Source: Eledone cirrhosa (Eukaryota). From it: a stretch of 64,000 nt of DNA. The notes under the pieces are model-generated. The model did not search any database and had not been told where the DNA came from. It saw only the letters and a list, made by a program, of their open reading frames with translations. The position numbers were made by a program, and so were the translations under genes. Position 1 is the first letter of the stretch. Each line of letters opens with the position of its first letter. The DNA is taken from contig OZ024740.1 of assembly GCA_964016885.1 (NCBI GenBank), positions 44,020,001 to 44,084,000 on the forward strand, read 5' to 3'. Positions 30,928-44,522 of the stretch are shown here, piece after piece.

Positions 30928-31120
30928 GGGCGGTAGATTGGCAGTATCAGTAAAGCGTTGGACGCCATGCTTTGTAGCATACAGTTACGCCCCTTTATGA
31001 TCTGAGCTCAAAACCCGCCCAGGTTAACTTTGCCTTTCATCCTTACGGGGTCGATAAAGTAAAGTACCAGTAATATACTGGGGTAAATGCATGCCTTCTG
31101 CCAAAGGTAGAAACAATTAT
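30928..31120 (+). mobile_element. SINE family A
   Basis: Same consensus as the other copies. Confidence 0.85.
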
Positions 31121-31430
31121 TATTGTCATTTGCGTTTGGACATACATATTTCAAGTTTCATATATGAAGACGCATGGCCTAGCGATAGAAATTGGATTTG
31201 CAATCGTGAGGCTTCGAGTTCAATTCCAGGATAGGGTGATGTGTTATGCCTTTGAACAAGACACGTTATTTCAAGTTTCTCTTTCTACAAAAGGTTGCGA
31301 CCGGTAGATAGAATCAGCAATGGAAAGATTAATGGAAACGTTGTTTCCCCTGTTCCAATTTGTTCCACCCAACTCAGTAAGCGAGAGCGGTCTGGGAAGT
31401 TGTCGATCAATATGTTTATTTAATTATATA

Positions 31431-32642
31431 CTAGCTGACGTACCCAGTTTCGCTCGGGTAAACAGATGATAAGAGAAGAAAGGTAATAGAGAAAATGACT
31501 GTATTGGATGTTTGTCTGGTTACAGTATGAGGCGAGTCCGTGGTGTCTGTGTGATACAAAAAACAGTAAAAAAAATCTTCCAGATATACCAGATTCTTCG
31601 TTGTACCGTTTGTGCATAGTATATGAACAATTCTAGGTGCTCCCACCTAGAATAGTGACCTCTAGGAGATGATTCATCTTCTGCCTGACTGTAAAACGTG
31701 TATCATTGCATAGACGTGGTTGTTCCACGTTTCTCAAAAGGATGATGGAAGTTCCAATCTTTTATATTATATTTAGATATAGATATAGATAATTAATATA
31801 AAAGATGATGCTCAGCCAGTTCGTCTTCAACCATCGCAACACGCCGCCGCTGCTTGGCTCCAGTGTTTTGTTGGCGTTGTTCAGCCAGTTCCTCTTCATT
31901 CATGGCGGCACGTCTTCGCCTCTGAAGTTCGGCGTTCCGCTGGCGCTGTTCGGCCCGTTTTTCTTCATTTTCTGCACGCCGTCGTCTCTGTAGTTCACTG
32001 TTTGATAAAGTCGAATTGCTTTTATTATCAGTATTCATTTCGAGCAATTGTCAAAAAATGACACAATAATAAATATAAAAGACGTCTGTCAATGTGAAAA
32101 AAAGGTCCCTATTTACTCCCTTCACAACTCTGTGTATATTAGACTAAGAGACAGGCACACGGACAGATAAACTGTGTGGCAATTGTGGAACACCGCACGT
32201 ACACACACATATACGCATGGAAACGCGCGCACGCACGTAAACTTACACACGCACCCGTGCACTTACACACACGCATACACTCACACATGTTGATAGTTTT
32301 TACTTTCTGTGGAACGGTGCACGCACGCACACGCACATAAACATACGCGCACGTACATACACAGGCACACACGTTAATAGATATTGCTTTCCTTCACCTC
32401 ATATTTTCACACACATCACACACACACATGTCTCTACACTGACACATACACATAGTGTATCCAACACAGCGTTCACTTTGCCTCTGTTTCTTACTCTCCC
32501 CTCTCGCTCCCTCATTAGCATTATGTATATTAATTTAAGTTTGGCGTCGTTGAGGTGGGCGAAGTCTTTTGAAACCTATGAACCAATGATAATCGAGAAT
32601 GATGGCACACGGAATACTGACATTGTTTAAATTAATATATAG
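31431..32642 (-). mobile_element. Internally deleted Helitron
   Basis: 5' a|TC at 32642; 3' hairpin acccgagcgaaactgggt then CTAG|t; N-terminal QRRRRA/EQRQ repeats (31793-32047); helicase-end-like SRVGAP..NGTTKNLVY near 31570-31660. Confidence 0.75.
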
Positions 32643-32779
32643 ATGTATGTGTGTATATGTATATGTAGCAACTGCCTGTGCTTCTTATTCTCTATGCTTA
32701 AACATCATATATTTAAAATTTATCACCTCATCATTCTGAAAGTTCGAAGTTCGAGCTTCACACATAGCCCCCCCCCCCC

Positions 32780-32894
<115 letters not shown>

Positions 32895-32969
32895 TAACTG
32901 AATATAAAAGAAAAACGAACACAGACATATACATATATGTGTTCAAATCGTAAGGGACCAGATTCGATG

Positions 32970-33158
32970 TGCATTTGGCAGTATCGGTAGAGGGTCGGAC
33001 GCCATGCTTTCCAACATAGTTACGTCCCATTACGATCTGAGTTCAAATCCCGCCGAGGTTGACTTTGCCTTTCATCCTTACGGGGTCGATAAAATAAAGT
33101 ACCAGTAATGCACTCTGGGTAATTGCTGGGCTTGTGCCTAAAGTAGAAACAATTATTA
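32970..33158 (+). mobile_element. SINE family A lying between inverted repeats 32891-32966 and 33406-33480
   Basis: SINE consensus; flanking arms are reverse complements. Confidence 0.85.
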
Positions 33159-33560
33159 TATATACACACACTATTCAGTTTTTTTAATATACTTATAAGT
33201 GACCAGGATACTAATAATTCTTCACCCGCTGATTAGCAAGAATTGGTATTCCTCTTCACAATTAATTTTGCGAAACAGCATTATCGAAGCTGTCCGGGTT
33301 ATTGGTAGTTACCACAATTCCGGTTTGTATTTACTTCCTTGTATTATTCTTAAATTGAGTCTGGCAAACCCTATTGTCTATAGTTAGTATTCTTTTCACC
33401 TTAGCGAATCTGGTCCCTTACGATTTGAACACATATATGTATATGTCTGTGTTCGTTTTTCTTTTATATTCAATTATAATATACGGCTCGGAAAAATCTC
33501 TTTCCTTGAGCTACTTTATTGTAAGAGACTATTTTGAGTTTCTAACTCAATATATACCTT

Positions 33561-33621
<61 letters not shown>

Positions 33622-33625
<4 letters not shown>

Positions 33626-33866
33626 ATTCGAAGTCAATGTTGCAGCATATGTACAAAATTTACTAGCCTATTACAATTGTTTCAATATCGATCAGCTCAG
33701 GGTACAATTAATGTGACTTTGAACACATAAGCTCGCATATCTGACGAGATGTCAAAAAAGGGTCGGGCCTCATTACCTTGATTGTACTCTGAGCCGATCG
33801 ATATTGAAACAATTGTAATATATTCATAAAGTTTGTACATTTGCTGCAACACTGACTTAAAATCTT
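33622..33866. mobile_element. MITE-like imperfect fold-back
   Basis: tattacaattgtttcaatatcgatc vs gatcgatattgaaacaattgtaata; outer arms also match. Confidence 0.7.
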
Positions 33867-34121
33867 TTAAATCTATTTGCACCCTGCACACTAAAGCCAT
33901 AAATCTGGAATACAATCCAAATGAAACAGACCTCGTAACAGCATTGAGTGCTTCAGAGGCGCACTGCCTGTAACTGTTCTTACACATCTAACCACAAACA
34001 CACACACGCACACACACACACACATATATATATATATAAGATTATTCCGGGTTCAATGGGGGGTAACCACAGTAAGTAAGGTACTCAATACAAAGCAGAG
34101 TATAAATATTTAATATAGAAT

Positions 34122-34172
34122 AGCTTCTACAGGAATAGAACTGTTTCATTGGCGAGAAATCATCAGGAAGCT
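34122..34172 (-). ncRNA. Hammerhead-like motif (weak stem II)
   Basis: agcuuc CUGAUGA..GAAA cag uucuauuc cug UA gaagcu; downstream actc..gagt motif. Confidence 0.65.
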
Positions 34173-34493
34173 GACTATTCAAGTAATATGGTGGTTTTTA
34201 TATCTTTTCTGGGGTGGGGGGGGGGATTGTGATGGGCGGAGGTCATTGGTTGATGGATTTAAAGAAGAGGGAATTCTTTAAAAGATATATTTAGAGTAAC
34301 AAAGGCAGAAAGAATTCTATAAACAAGTTCAAACTAGAGGAGCCACTCCTTATTTTTGAGGTTCACTTAAGCTAACTATGCCAATGGTCAGGTGTCTACA
34401 AACACATTCACACAGACATACACATATATATATATATATAAACCCCTTACTCCTACACTCTCGCAAAAACACAAACTCTTATACCCATATATA

Positions 34494-34546
<53 letters not shown>

Positions 34547-34723
34547 AAGTATGACCCCGACGGCAGAGCTCAAGCCGTTTCGACGGCTATTTCTGGACTA
34601 GTCCATACTTTCTCCTATTACCCACTCTACTACGCTAAGTATTGAGTACTCTGGTGAGTTATGGTCCATCTGGTTCCTTACCACAAATCCTTCGTTATTT
34701 ATATATATATATATGTGTGTGTG

Positions 34724-34783
<60 letters not shown>

Positions 34784-34839
34784 GTTTAGACACTACCTTG
34801 CTCACAAGTGTCTCTCTTAAGCTTCATATCATGTCTCCC

Positions 34840-34910
34840 TATTTTGTCTGATGAGAACGCAAATATCGTCCCTGGATGATATTTGTTTTTGAAATGCACA
34901 TAATAAAATA
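34840..34910 (+). ncRNA. Type I hammerhead ribozyme
   Basis: uauuuugu CUGAUGA gaac gcaaauaucgucc cu ggaugauauuugu uuuu GAAA ugcaca UA auaaaaua. Confidence 0.8.
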
Positions 34911-35552
34911 CATGGAACTTTTCTAACCATCTTTTAATTTCTTCTTATATATATATATATATATATATGCGAACTTGAAAATACCACAAGAGAGACCCTT
35001 TGGATAGCGTAGACAGACGCCGGACCATACCCGCAAATATATACCCTGATCTGTCTTGAATATGCATGGCTGACGGAATATGGATAACACGACCACCATC
35101 TAAGCTGGAACCGACCCCTACAACAAACAAAGAGGGGACAGCCCTTCGCATTTGACCAGTCGCGTGCGTGCTTGGAGTTCGTGAGAGGAGGAGATATTAG
35201 CGAGAGACGCAATATACCACCCCAGTCAAATCCACACTGGTTTTTTTACCAATATAGCATGTAAACCAATACATCCTATGCAGCGAGACCTTGGATTTAG
35301 AACCGGCAGGCTGATCTATCGCAAACGCGTGCAACCCCCGAAACTAAAAGATCGAACGGACCACACCCAGCAACCACTAGCTATTTGATCCACAGGTACA
35401 TTTCCCAGAGAGTCCACACAGCTGATAGTGAATCCCAGTTGATTCGTGAACTCTGAACTTTTAAAAAAAGACCAACTGTGCCTGGAGCTATGCAGATGAC
35501 TACATACGCACAATGGATATCGCACCCACAAGGTCACCTGTATTGTTCATCT

Positions 35553-35803
35553 TGCTGTATGTGTGTAAAGTATCCGTGCGTGGGATATCCCTGAGTACAT
35601 TTTCTTGACTATCAATTGTTTATTGATTGTTTGTTAATTAGGCAGGAATATACCATTATGTCTTTGTTAATCCTAAGTGTTGCTGTATGTGTGTAAAGTA
35701 TCCGAGCGCGGGATATCCCTGAGCTAATTTTGCTTGACTGTTAATTGTTTATTGATTATTTGTTAATTAGGCAGGAATATATTATTATGTCTTTGTTAAT
35801 CCT
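35553..35803. repeat. Two-copy tandem duplication (~129-bp period)
   Basis: tgctgtatgtgtgtaaagtatccg...tctttgttaatcct occurs twice. Confidence 0.85.
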
Positions 35804-36980
35804 GTATTAAGAATTTTATAATAATTTTTTGATAGTACATTATTAGATTACTGAAGCTACCTTATACCTTCTTAAAAATACATCTTATAATTATTGTCTT
35901 TTTGCTTATGTATTTTCTTACTTATCATTTTCTTTAATCTTGCCCAACTTGATAAGCTCTTTGAATTGCTCCCTAATTAAATTACTTAAATTACTTAAAT
36001 TATTTTATCTATTATACCTAAGTTGTATCTGTTGAAGCAGCCCTTTGAATAATTCCCCGGATATCGCAAATCCCGTAATTTTTAACTTTTAATTTATAAT
36101 TTTCCTCAATTCGTTTGTATATATCCTTAAAGGCTCTCTAAAATTTTAATTCTTCGAAGGGTCTCTCGGGAGAGGCTCTTATTAAAAATATTAAAGGGGC
36201 CTTTTCTGAGGGATTTTTTGAAGGCTTTTTGAATTAACCTTTAATTGATTAGTTTCTTTCAACTTAGTAGGATTATCAAAACTTGGTAAATATTCTGAAA
36301 AAATTTTTTTAACGTGATCTCTGGGGAAAAAAATTTTTTTCTTTCGAAAAAATTTTTTTTCTCTCGAAGGAATTTTTTAGGAAACTTTATATTTTATTTT
36401 TTTATTTTTTTAGTCTCTTAATCTCTTCTGGTTTGTTAGGTTTATTGGGGCTTATAAGCTTTATGCACTTATTGAGGGATTTTTTAAGGTGCTTCTACGA
36501 GATCCCAAGTCTTTTACTTTTAATGCGTAAATTATAAATTATCTAATTTTTAACTTTCAATCCGTGACTCTTAGGCCCTTTTCAAATTCTCTTAACTCCC
36601 CATAACCCATCTCTTTTACAACTCCGACAACTAATATAAAAGAGCCCCCTTAGAATATAGACCCCAAATATACAAGCGGAGCTGCTGATGTATACCACAA
36701 TTTCAAACTGCTAATCTTGAGTGAAACGTTGATGTAAATAATGAACTTGCAATCACATGTTATATGCCTTGAAAAGTCCCACCATATGGTCGGACGAATC
36801 GGCTGTCGGCGATAAACTTGTTATAATGTCATAATAGTTCCTTTGTTCTTTTTCATTAATATTTCTGCTCTGCTTATAGGCATAGAGCTTAAATAGCTAC
36901 CGTCGCATATTTGGTAGGTCAGGCGTGATCATCGGAATTCACATACGACCTACCATACATCTTGCTTATATATATATATA

Positions 36981-37100
36981 TGATGACGAAAGGCTTTCTC
37001 CATGGGTTCCATTCGGAAACCATGTTTATTCCCTTTCAGAAACTAATTAGTTGGAGTGAAATTTTAGTAAGTTAATATTTATAATTTTCTTATTTTACGT
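36981..37100 (+). ncRNA. Hammerhead-bearing PLE-end fragment; related inverted copy at ~40920-41035
   Basis: (c)UGAUGA cgaaagg..ccuuuca GAAA cuaauuag UU ggag; the other copy supplies stem I cucc. Confidence 0.6.
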
Positions 37101-37218
37101 CTTTCATATAATTGTTCTGCATCCCCTTGCATTGAACCACAAAGTTACTGAGACAAAACCTATATATTTGCTAGCAGATGTATGCATCTGTATATATATG
37201 TTGGTAGATATACTAATT

Positions 37219-37263
<45 letters not shown>

Positions 37264-37267
37264 CTGC

Positions 37268-37351
<84 letters not shown>

Positions 37352-37357
37352 ATATAT

Positions 37358-39035
37358 CTAAGGCGGGTAAAATTCCCGAGATCCATGGACGAGTTCTCTC
37401 CAGCGGTCTCTGTCCCTCATTATCGCTGCCATACCCTGCATCTCCAACAGACCAGTGTCTGTCCTTAGGGCATCAACATATGTTAACCCTGGTCTTCCTC
37501 TTCTAGTGTGTCCATGTAGGGGCTCCCAAAGGAGCACTGAGTGCAATGTCAACTCTGGATGTCGGTGAGCATGTCCAGCCAACCTCAGTCTCCTCTGTGT
37601 CACTTTTGAGCTGACTTTTGGGATGCTCCCATACAGCTCTGAGTTTTTCATCCTCAGTGTATACTGATTAATGTTCAGAGCCATCCTCAGCATTCTCGTG
37701 TAGCACCCATCCACCATCTGAGTGAGTCTCTTGGTCAGTGTCCAAGTCTCAGACCCATACAGCAGCACAGACTCCACTACAGCAATGAAGAGGCGGATTT
37801 TCAGGTCTCTACGAAGGTCCGACTTCGACACCGATCTCAAGCTGTGACACGCCGCCCAGGCCTTGCTCTTCCTCTCAACCACATCATCTTCCGTATTCCC
37901 AATCTTTGCTCCCAAATACAGGAAGTCCTCAACCAATTCCAGCGGCTTCCCGCCTACATTAGTGATCCCCTCTGGCTTCTCAACATTCTCTACCAGATAT
38001 TTTGTTTTAGTCTCATTCATTCTCAGCCCCACACCCATCGACACAGTCTCAACCTCCCGCATCAAATCCTCTGCCTCCTTCACTGTATTTGTCACCAAAA
38101 CTATGTCGTCGGCAAATTCAGCATCCGATACCTTTTTCGCCCCAACTCTCCTGCTCTGAGCCGGTGCTACAGTAAAGCCAGAGTCCTGGTGTTTCTCCAG
38201 TGCAAGGCGCATACAATAGTCCACTACGATGATAAAAAGGTAGGGAGCCAATGTATCTCCCTGGAGCACTCCAGCCAGTATCTCAAAGAACTCTGTCATC
38301 CCATCAGGTGTAATGACTTGGGCTTTGGTGTTGGTGTAGAGCAGTGATATCAGGTCCACTATCCTCTTGGGGATTCCATAAGCCTGTAAGATCTTCATCA
38401 GGCAGTAACGGTCCACAGAATCAAAGGCCTTCCTAAAGTCAATGAAAACCATGACCGCAGGAAGGCACTTTGCTCTAGCTCCCTCTAATATCCTCCTCAG
38501 CATCAGGATGTGACTGGTGATTGATCTACCCTCTCTGAAGCCGTTCTGGTTGTCCCTGAGCTTCTTCTCCATCTCAGGCTGGATCCTGTTAAGAATCATC
38601 CTGTCGAGGGTCTTTGCCACAAGTGACGTCAGTGAGATCCCCCGGTAGTTGTTGGTGTTAGAGAGATCTCCCTTCTTTGGCACTGATCCTCCACTGATTC
38701 GGGGCAACTCCTTTCTCCAGTGCCCCGTTACAGAACCCCAGGATGATATCATCAAAATCACACCTCTTCATCACCTCTGATGCCACTCCATCTTCTCCAT
38801 GAGCCTTGCCCTCCTTTATCTTCTTCTTGGCTCTCTGAAGCTCCTCTCTGGTGAAGGGTTCTGTCTCAACATCCAGTTCCTCAAACAGCCGCCTGATCTC
38901 CCCAGTTCTCTGGGCTGTGGAGGGTGGCTCTCCTAGTAGGGTCCTAAAATGGTCTAGCCATTTCCTCTTCCTATCCTCGGGCCCCGTTCCCTGGATCTGA
39001 CTCGAACACCTTTTCTTCCTCCCTGTGATCTCGTT
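37358..39035 (-). mobile_element. 5'-truncated young RTE-clade LINE; RT ORF largely intact (467 aa)
   Basis: NYRGISL, QNGFR, FIDFRKAFDSV, GVLQGDTLAPYLF, FADD, FLYLG, LLYGSETW; (TA)n on both sides. Confidence 0.93.
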
Positions 39036-39716
39036 ATATATATATATTTAAAAGAATAGAGGTGTAACACACAAGTTATGATATATTGGTAAACAGAATA
39101 GAAAATGCTGACAAAGTGTTCACAGTGAAAAATAGTTTAATTAGGAATAAGTGAGAATTAGTAATAGTATTGGTTAGTATTCAGTTTTGGTTTTTAGTTT
39201 TACCGGTTGCGCATTTCTAATGCTTTTCAAAAATAATTTTGAGATAGAGCGTCCGTGATGTTTGCTCTGATCTGATTAGTTTTGGGAATTCTACATGTTT
39301 TTATGTTAAAAATGTGGCTCCATCGGTATTAAAATAAGTTTTGCGCCAATTCGTGTTGCAAAAATTCTTGTGGTCAAAACAAATTTGATTGATCGGTAGA
39401 GGTCATGTGAATGTAAAAAATTGATTTTGCGCCAAATGTAGGTTTGTGTCGGCTGACTGAGAAATAAGTCTTTCACAACAAATATGTGTGTGTGTGTAGT
39501 AGTAGTAGTAAAGAGGTTCGTTGTTGTGATAATGGTCAGCAGGGATGTGTGTGCGGACCACAGCCTGTTGACAGTTCAAATGCCTATTAAGACAAGTGTG
39601 TGTGTGTAGCAGAGTAATTCGTGGTAGAGGGATGGTCAGTAGGAATGTGTCTGTAAGTGTGTGGGGGATATTTTAACATGTTAAAAGATATTTTTCAGCT
39701 CTTGTCTTATACGGAG

Positions 39717-39771
<55 letters not shown>

Positions 39772-39960
39772 TTTGTATGTTAATGTACGCGTGTGTACGT
39801 GTATGTGTATATTTGTGTGTGTGTGTGTGAGAGAATGTGTGTGTGTGTGTGGGTGGACCAGTATTTTTTTCTGGTAAAATGGTGTACATTATTCGATATT
39901 TTCAGTAAAATCGATTCTCTCAATAGAACATCAAAAACCTTAATAATAAAAGGTGTGAAA

Positions 39961-40007
<47 letters not shown>

Positions 40008-40017
40008 AACGAGTAGG

Positions 40018-40113
40018 ACCTCGACAGCTGAGCTCAAGCCATTTCGACGGCTAATTCTGGACTAAATGAACATTTTTATCCTGGTATTTGAATAGCCGAG
40101 CTTCTCAAGGGGT
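40018..40113 (-). ncRNA. Hammerhead variant (U3-A8 core, extended stem III with GAGCUC loop)
   Basis: acccc UUGAGAA g..cggcua..uagccguc GAAA uggc uugagcuca gcug UC gaggu; related 3' halves at 34554-34589 (-) and 29029-29060 (+). Confidence 0.65.
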
Positions 40114-40286
40114 AATTCCATATATGGTCAAAGTGATTGTCACAGAGATTGGTCAAAAGTTAGTAGTTGAGACATAATAATTCTATGAGGGCAATTAGTG
40201 GAGGGAAGGGTAGCTAAACCTTCCAGTAGGAGAAAGAGGGAGAGGGGGTGGAGGAGACCCATTCATGCGTTGATAGTGCCGGCTAC

Positions 40287-40852
40287 AGCTGGGCGTGAGG
40301 TCAAAGAAGATACTAGGGAGGGGGAGGGGGAGGTAGTCGAAACAGTAAGTAGAACAATGAGGGGTAAATATATACGTACGAAGTACGAGTTTTTATGTAG
40401 CTTGCACTAGAACTTTTGTATCGTGGCGGCAACCTTAGAGATAGTATTAGTATTCTTTTTCGGGACTCTGAATTATTATTTCGTACTAGTTTACTTTTTT
40501 GCACTGGGTGGTTGCTGGCCTTGTGCCTGGGGTAGAAACTTTTATTATTTCGTGGTAGTTGCTTTAGTATTTTGGCGCCTCACTTGTTGACCCGTCACCG
40601 TAAGATATACTTACTTATACCTCTTAAAAGGGTCTCATTTTATTTCCGTCCCCCATAGTATATTTCTTTAGCCTAGCAATAGTGAGAGACTTAGGTCGTA
40701 GTAACCAGAAATTGTTTGTTTTTTTTACATTTAATCGCCTTTTAACACTCTCAGTATTTTTCTATATATTTACCCCTCATTGTTCTACTTACTGTTTCAA
40801 CTTCCTCCCCCTCCCCCCTCCCTAGTATCTTCTTTGACCTCACGCCCAGCTG
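40287..40852. repeat. ~90-bp inverted repeats around a ~390-bp spacer
   Basis: cagctgggcgtgaggtcaaagaagatactaggg.. vs ..ccctagtatcttctttgacctcacgcccagctg. Confidence 0.85.
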
Positions 40853-41140
40853 TTTCGAAAATATTCTTACTTGACACACATATATATATATTTCACCTAA
40901 TGCGGGGCCTAGGGGATCAAAAATAAGAAAATTATAGTAATTAGCTTACTTACTTAAATTTCACTCCAACTAATTAGTTTTTGAAAGGGAATATACATGG
41001 AGAACATGGAGAAACCTTTTCGTCATCGGGGAGTCATTCTCAGCTAAGATACCTGGCGATGCGTGGACACAGGGAACTTATACAAAAATATTCAGTGGAT
41101 AGAAAAGAGCAAGCGGGGACTAAATTCCAAGAAACTAAAG

Positions 41141-41282
41141 AAAATCACTGCCTTCTTGTTCGGTGGCAAATTCAAAAGAATCAATCACGTGACATCGAGG
41201 TTAATCAGTGAGGAGTGATTAACCTCGATGTCACGTGATTGATTCTTTTGACTTTGCCACCGAACAAGAAGGCAGTGATTTT
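41141..41282. repeat. Palindrome with 67-bp arms and 8-nt spacer
   Basis: 41141-41207 vs 41216-41282, one mismatch seen. Confidence 0.9.
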
Positions 41283-42473
41283 AAGACTCTAACAATTCTG
41301 CCAATCCACCAGCCTAATAAGTACGAAAGTGATACTTGACAAAATATCCTGGCATCACTCAATGAATTGAAGACAGGTTATTGAATTTTGGTTCACATGA
41401 AATCTTTAAGTGAACAAAAACTTGACCAAATGACTATGGCAGTGAGCATTTTATTTTGGACATGGAACCATAATGAAATAGCAACTGAAATGTCAAGTGG
41501 TAGTTGTTCACTGGATATGGAATAGGAATGTCAGAGTAAATATCAACTGATCAAATAAAATTTGAAAAGAGGATAATTTTACTGCTGGCCATAAAATAGC
41601 TTTTTATAGAGAATAATAGTAATAATTCCATAGAAAATATATATCAAATGTAAGATATTTTAAACCGTTAATGTAGAACAAATTATTAAGAAAGAATACA
41701 TTACAAACATGGGAAGTAAAATGTTTATAATAGAAGAAGAATTTTCGATTTTCCATGGCTGGGCGTTATTTGATACAAACATTTTTAAAAGTCTATTTCT
41801 GAAGAGAAACATATTATACGTATTTATCGTCTGGGTATGCACACACTGAATCATTATGTTGGATAAAAAAAAACGCTAAAATATATCAAGTCAGCATATA
41901 TTGTGAATTGCTAAGAAAAGGCTCCACTTCGAGGAAACAATGATGGAATATGTCAAAAAAAAATTGAAAAAAATCAAATTAAGATAATAAAACTCGTGAA
42001 CCAAATAAATTCGAATCCCATGATCAGAGCTGAGATCTGGCGTGTCATGTAGAATTTCAGGTTATGAGAATAAAGCAACTCGAATAAAATTCGTATTTGA
42101 AACCGTAATGGCATAGACCACTTGAAGGTTCTTTTACCCTATGTGAGAGGGGAGAGGGGAGCCCGCGTCAGCCCCTTTGTGTCCAATATTTGAAATACAG
42201 CAACAACAGTGAAATTTCTGTGAAAAGCCGATTAATTTAACTGTGATATGGAAGTCATTGGGGTTTTGTACGACGATTATGCACACCAGGCTCTTAATAT
42301 TTGTCTGGGCACACATTTATCGTAACTCCAGGAAACTGCGAGCTGAAGAGAGGTGAAACTCCCAAGTTGTTCGGGGGCACAACATGGAAGGAATTAATTT
42401 GATCAAATTGCTTATTAAGAAGTCGTTTGCTCACGCTAGTATATTTGGTACTGATTTATCTACGACAATTTCA

Positions 42474-42602
42474 ATTTTATGTGATACATAATAGAGATAT
42501 TTTATGTGATACATAATAGAGATATTTTATGTGATACATTATAGAGATATTTTATGTGATACATAATAAAGATATTTTATGTGATACATAATAGAGATAT
42601 TT
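42474..42602. repeat. 25-bp minisatellite x5
   Basis: gtgatacataatagagatattttat at 42481, 42506, 42531, 42556, 42581. Confidence 0.92.
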
Positions 42603-44082
42603 AAGATTAACAAATATGTTCGTATGAAATAAATACTGTGGCAAAATATCCTTACGACATTTACAGATCCAAGTATTGCTATTTTCTAGAAGGTGTCTAT
42701 GTTTATAAAAAGAAAGATAAAGGGCACATGAATCCTGGTGGAGTTGTATGGGGGCGGTCATTACACAAAGGCATGTCTTGAGCATTTTAAACCGGGAGGG
42801 ATAATCCCTCTCGAGGGCAGAAAACAGTCGATTTCTTCCAGAGAGATAGAATAAGAGAAATCAAGAGGGGAGAAAGGGAATGAGTAGGAGAGAAAAAAGG
42901 AGAGAGAGAGAGAAAGAAAAAAAAGTGTATAGATAAAGGAAGAGTCGACCACAGTACTGATGTGGTACTTTAATTATCGATCTCGAATGGATGAAAGTTA
43001 AATTTGACCTCGGTCGGTTTTAAAGTCAGAGCACAGAGAACTGAAAAATAATTTACATGACATGGGGTCTTAAAATATTGAATTTTAGGGGCGCTTATCC
43101 ATCTCCAGATGGTCGACTTTTTCGAGAGAAGAAAGATAACGACAGAAAGAGATGCAGAGTAAGAATCAGCCCCTGAACTGGTATTTTGTTGATCTCGAAA
43201 GGGTGAATGGCAAAGCTTGACATCAATAAAATCTGAACTCAGGGAGCAGATAGATAGAAGAGATACTTCAACACATTCTATCCGATGCTCTAACGACTCT
43301 GCCATTTCGCCGCCCTTCTTATATGCCTATAAGTTGTTATATGATGGTCTGTTCGTTTATGACGAATGCTAATGCTTCTGCTATCCTATTCACACAGGAT
43401 TATTTGTGCATCTAGGCAAGAGGTTGTCTTTTATTTACATAAGAGACAACAGGTTTACGAAGCTATTTGCATTGTAATGGCGTGACTTTATGCATGTTCA
43501 TTTCGGCTGATCTATTTTTTGTGTGTTTTACTTTAGATTCAGGTTTGAGCTGTTCGTGTCTAAACGAATTTCGTCAGATATTATCGATTTATTTCTTTTT
43601 TTCCCAACGTAATATTGTGCTTGTAGCAGGGCTTCTAATGAGCTGGAAATCAAATGGCTAACATTAACGACTGCCTTCGAATCTTCCTTAATATTTCCCT
43701 CTCTTCTAATACCACTTGAAGAGAAACAAGAACAAAGAGAGAGATGCTGCCCTCTTATGAATTTCATTAAAAAGTGGATGAGAGTGGCAAAATGGAATTG
43801 ATCAAATGGATCAAGATTAATTAAGAGACAGTAGACTGGTGATAACAACTGGGAGATGTTATTATCTTTGGCATCAGACTAAACTGTGATGTGGATCTAC
43901 ATTAGCTAAGCTGCCGTGGAGTGATGATAAAAGCTTTGGTGTATCAGACTAGTCCGTGGTAGTGTGTGGAGTACTCTAAATCGTACTACTTAGTTTCTCC
44001 ACTATTTGGTTGTGGAGTGCATCCGTTCCCTCTATCCTAATTTTTTATGTGCTGTATCTTCTGTTTATTATTAACTGCTTAA

Positions 44083-44275
44083 TGGCGGTGGATTGGCAGT
44101 ATCGGTAAAGGGTCGGACGCCATGCTTTGACGCATAGCGTTATGGTCCTTGTTATTCTGAGTTCAAATCCCGCCGAGGTTAACTTTGCCTTTCATCCTTA
44201 CGGGAGCGATAAAATAAAGTACCAGTAATGCACTGGGTATTGCTGGCCCTGTGCCAAAAGTAGAAACAATTATTA
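44083..44275 (+). mobile_element. SINE family A
   Basis: Full head-to-tail consensus. Confidence 0.9.
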
Positions 44276-44483
44276 ACTGCTTAGTAATATATTCATTGTT
44301 ATTATAGGCCTCCTCCTTTTTACTTAAAGTAAATCTCTCAACGGGTCTTGTTTGTTGGTTTGCCACGTATTTCGTTTTGGTAATGTTCCGCAAAGTTTTC
44401 GGCCCTTATAGCGAATATAAAAGCTACTACTACTACTACTATTACTATTACCACTACTACTACCACCACAACTACTACTATTA

Positions 44484-44522
<39 letters not shown>

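Noticed and set aside
42340-42365. CUGAAGA..GAAA as a hammerhead (similar at ~20358 and ~59468)
   Set aside because: No adequate stem II or stem I/III pairing.
42474-42602. CRISPR-like array
   Set aside because: Contiguous 25-bp units without unique spacers; eukaryotic context with no cas genes.
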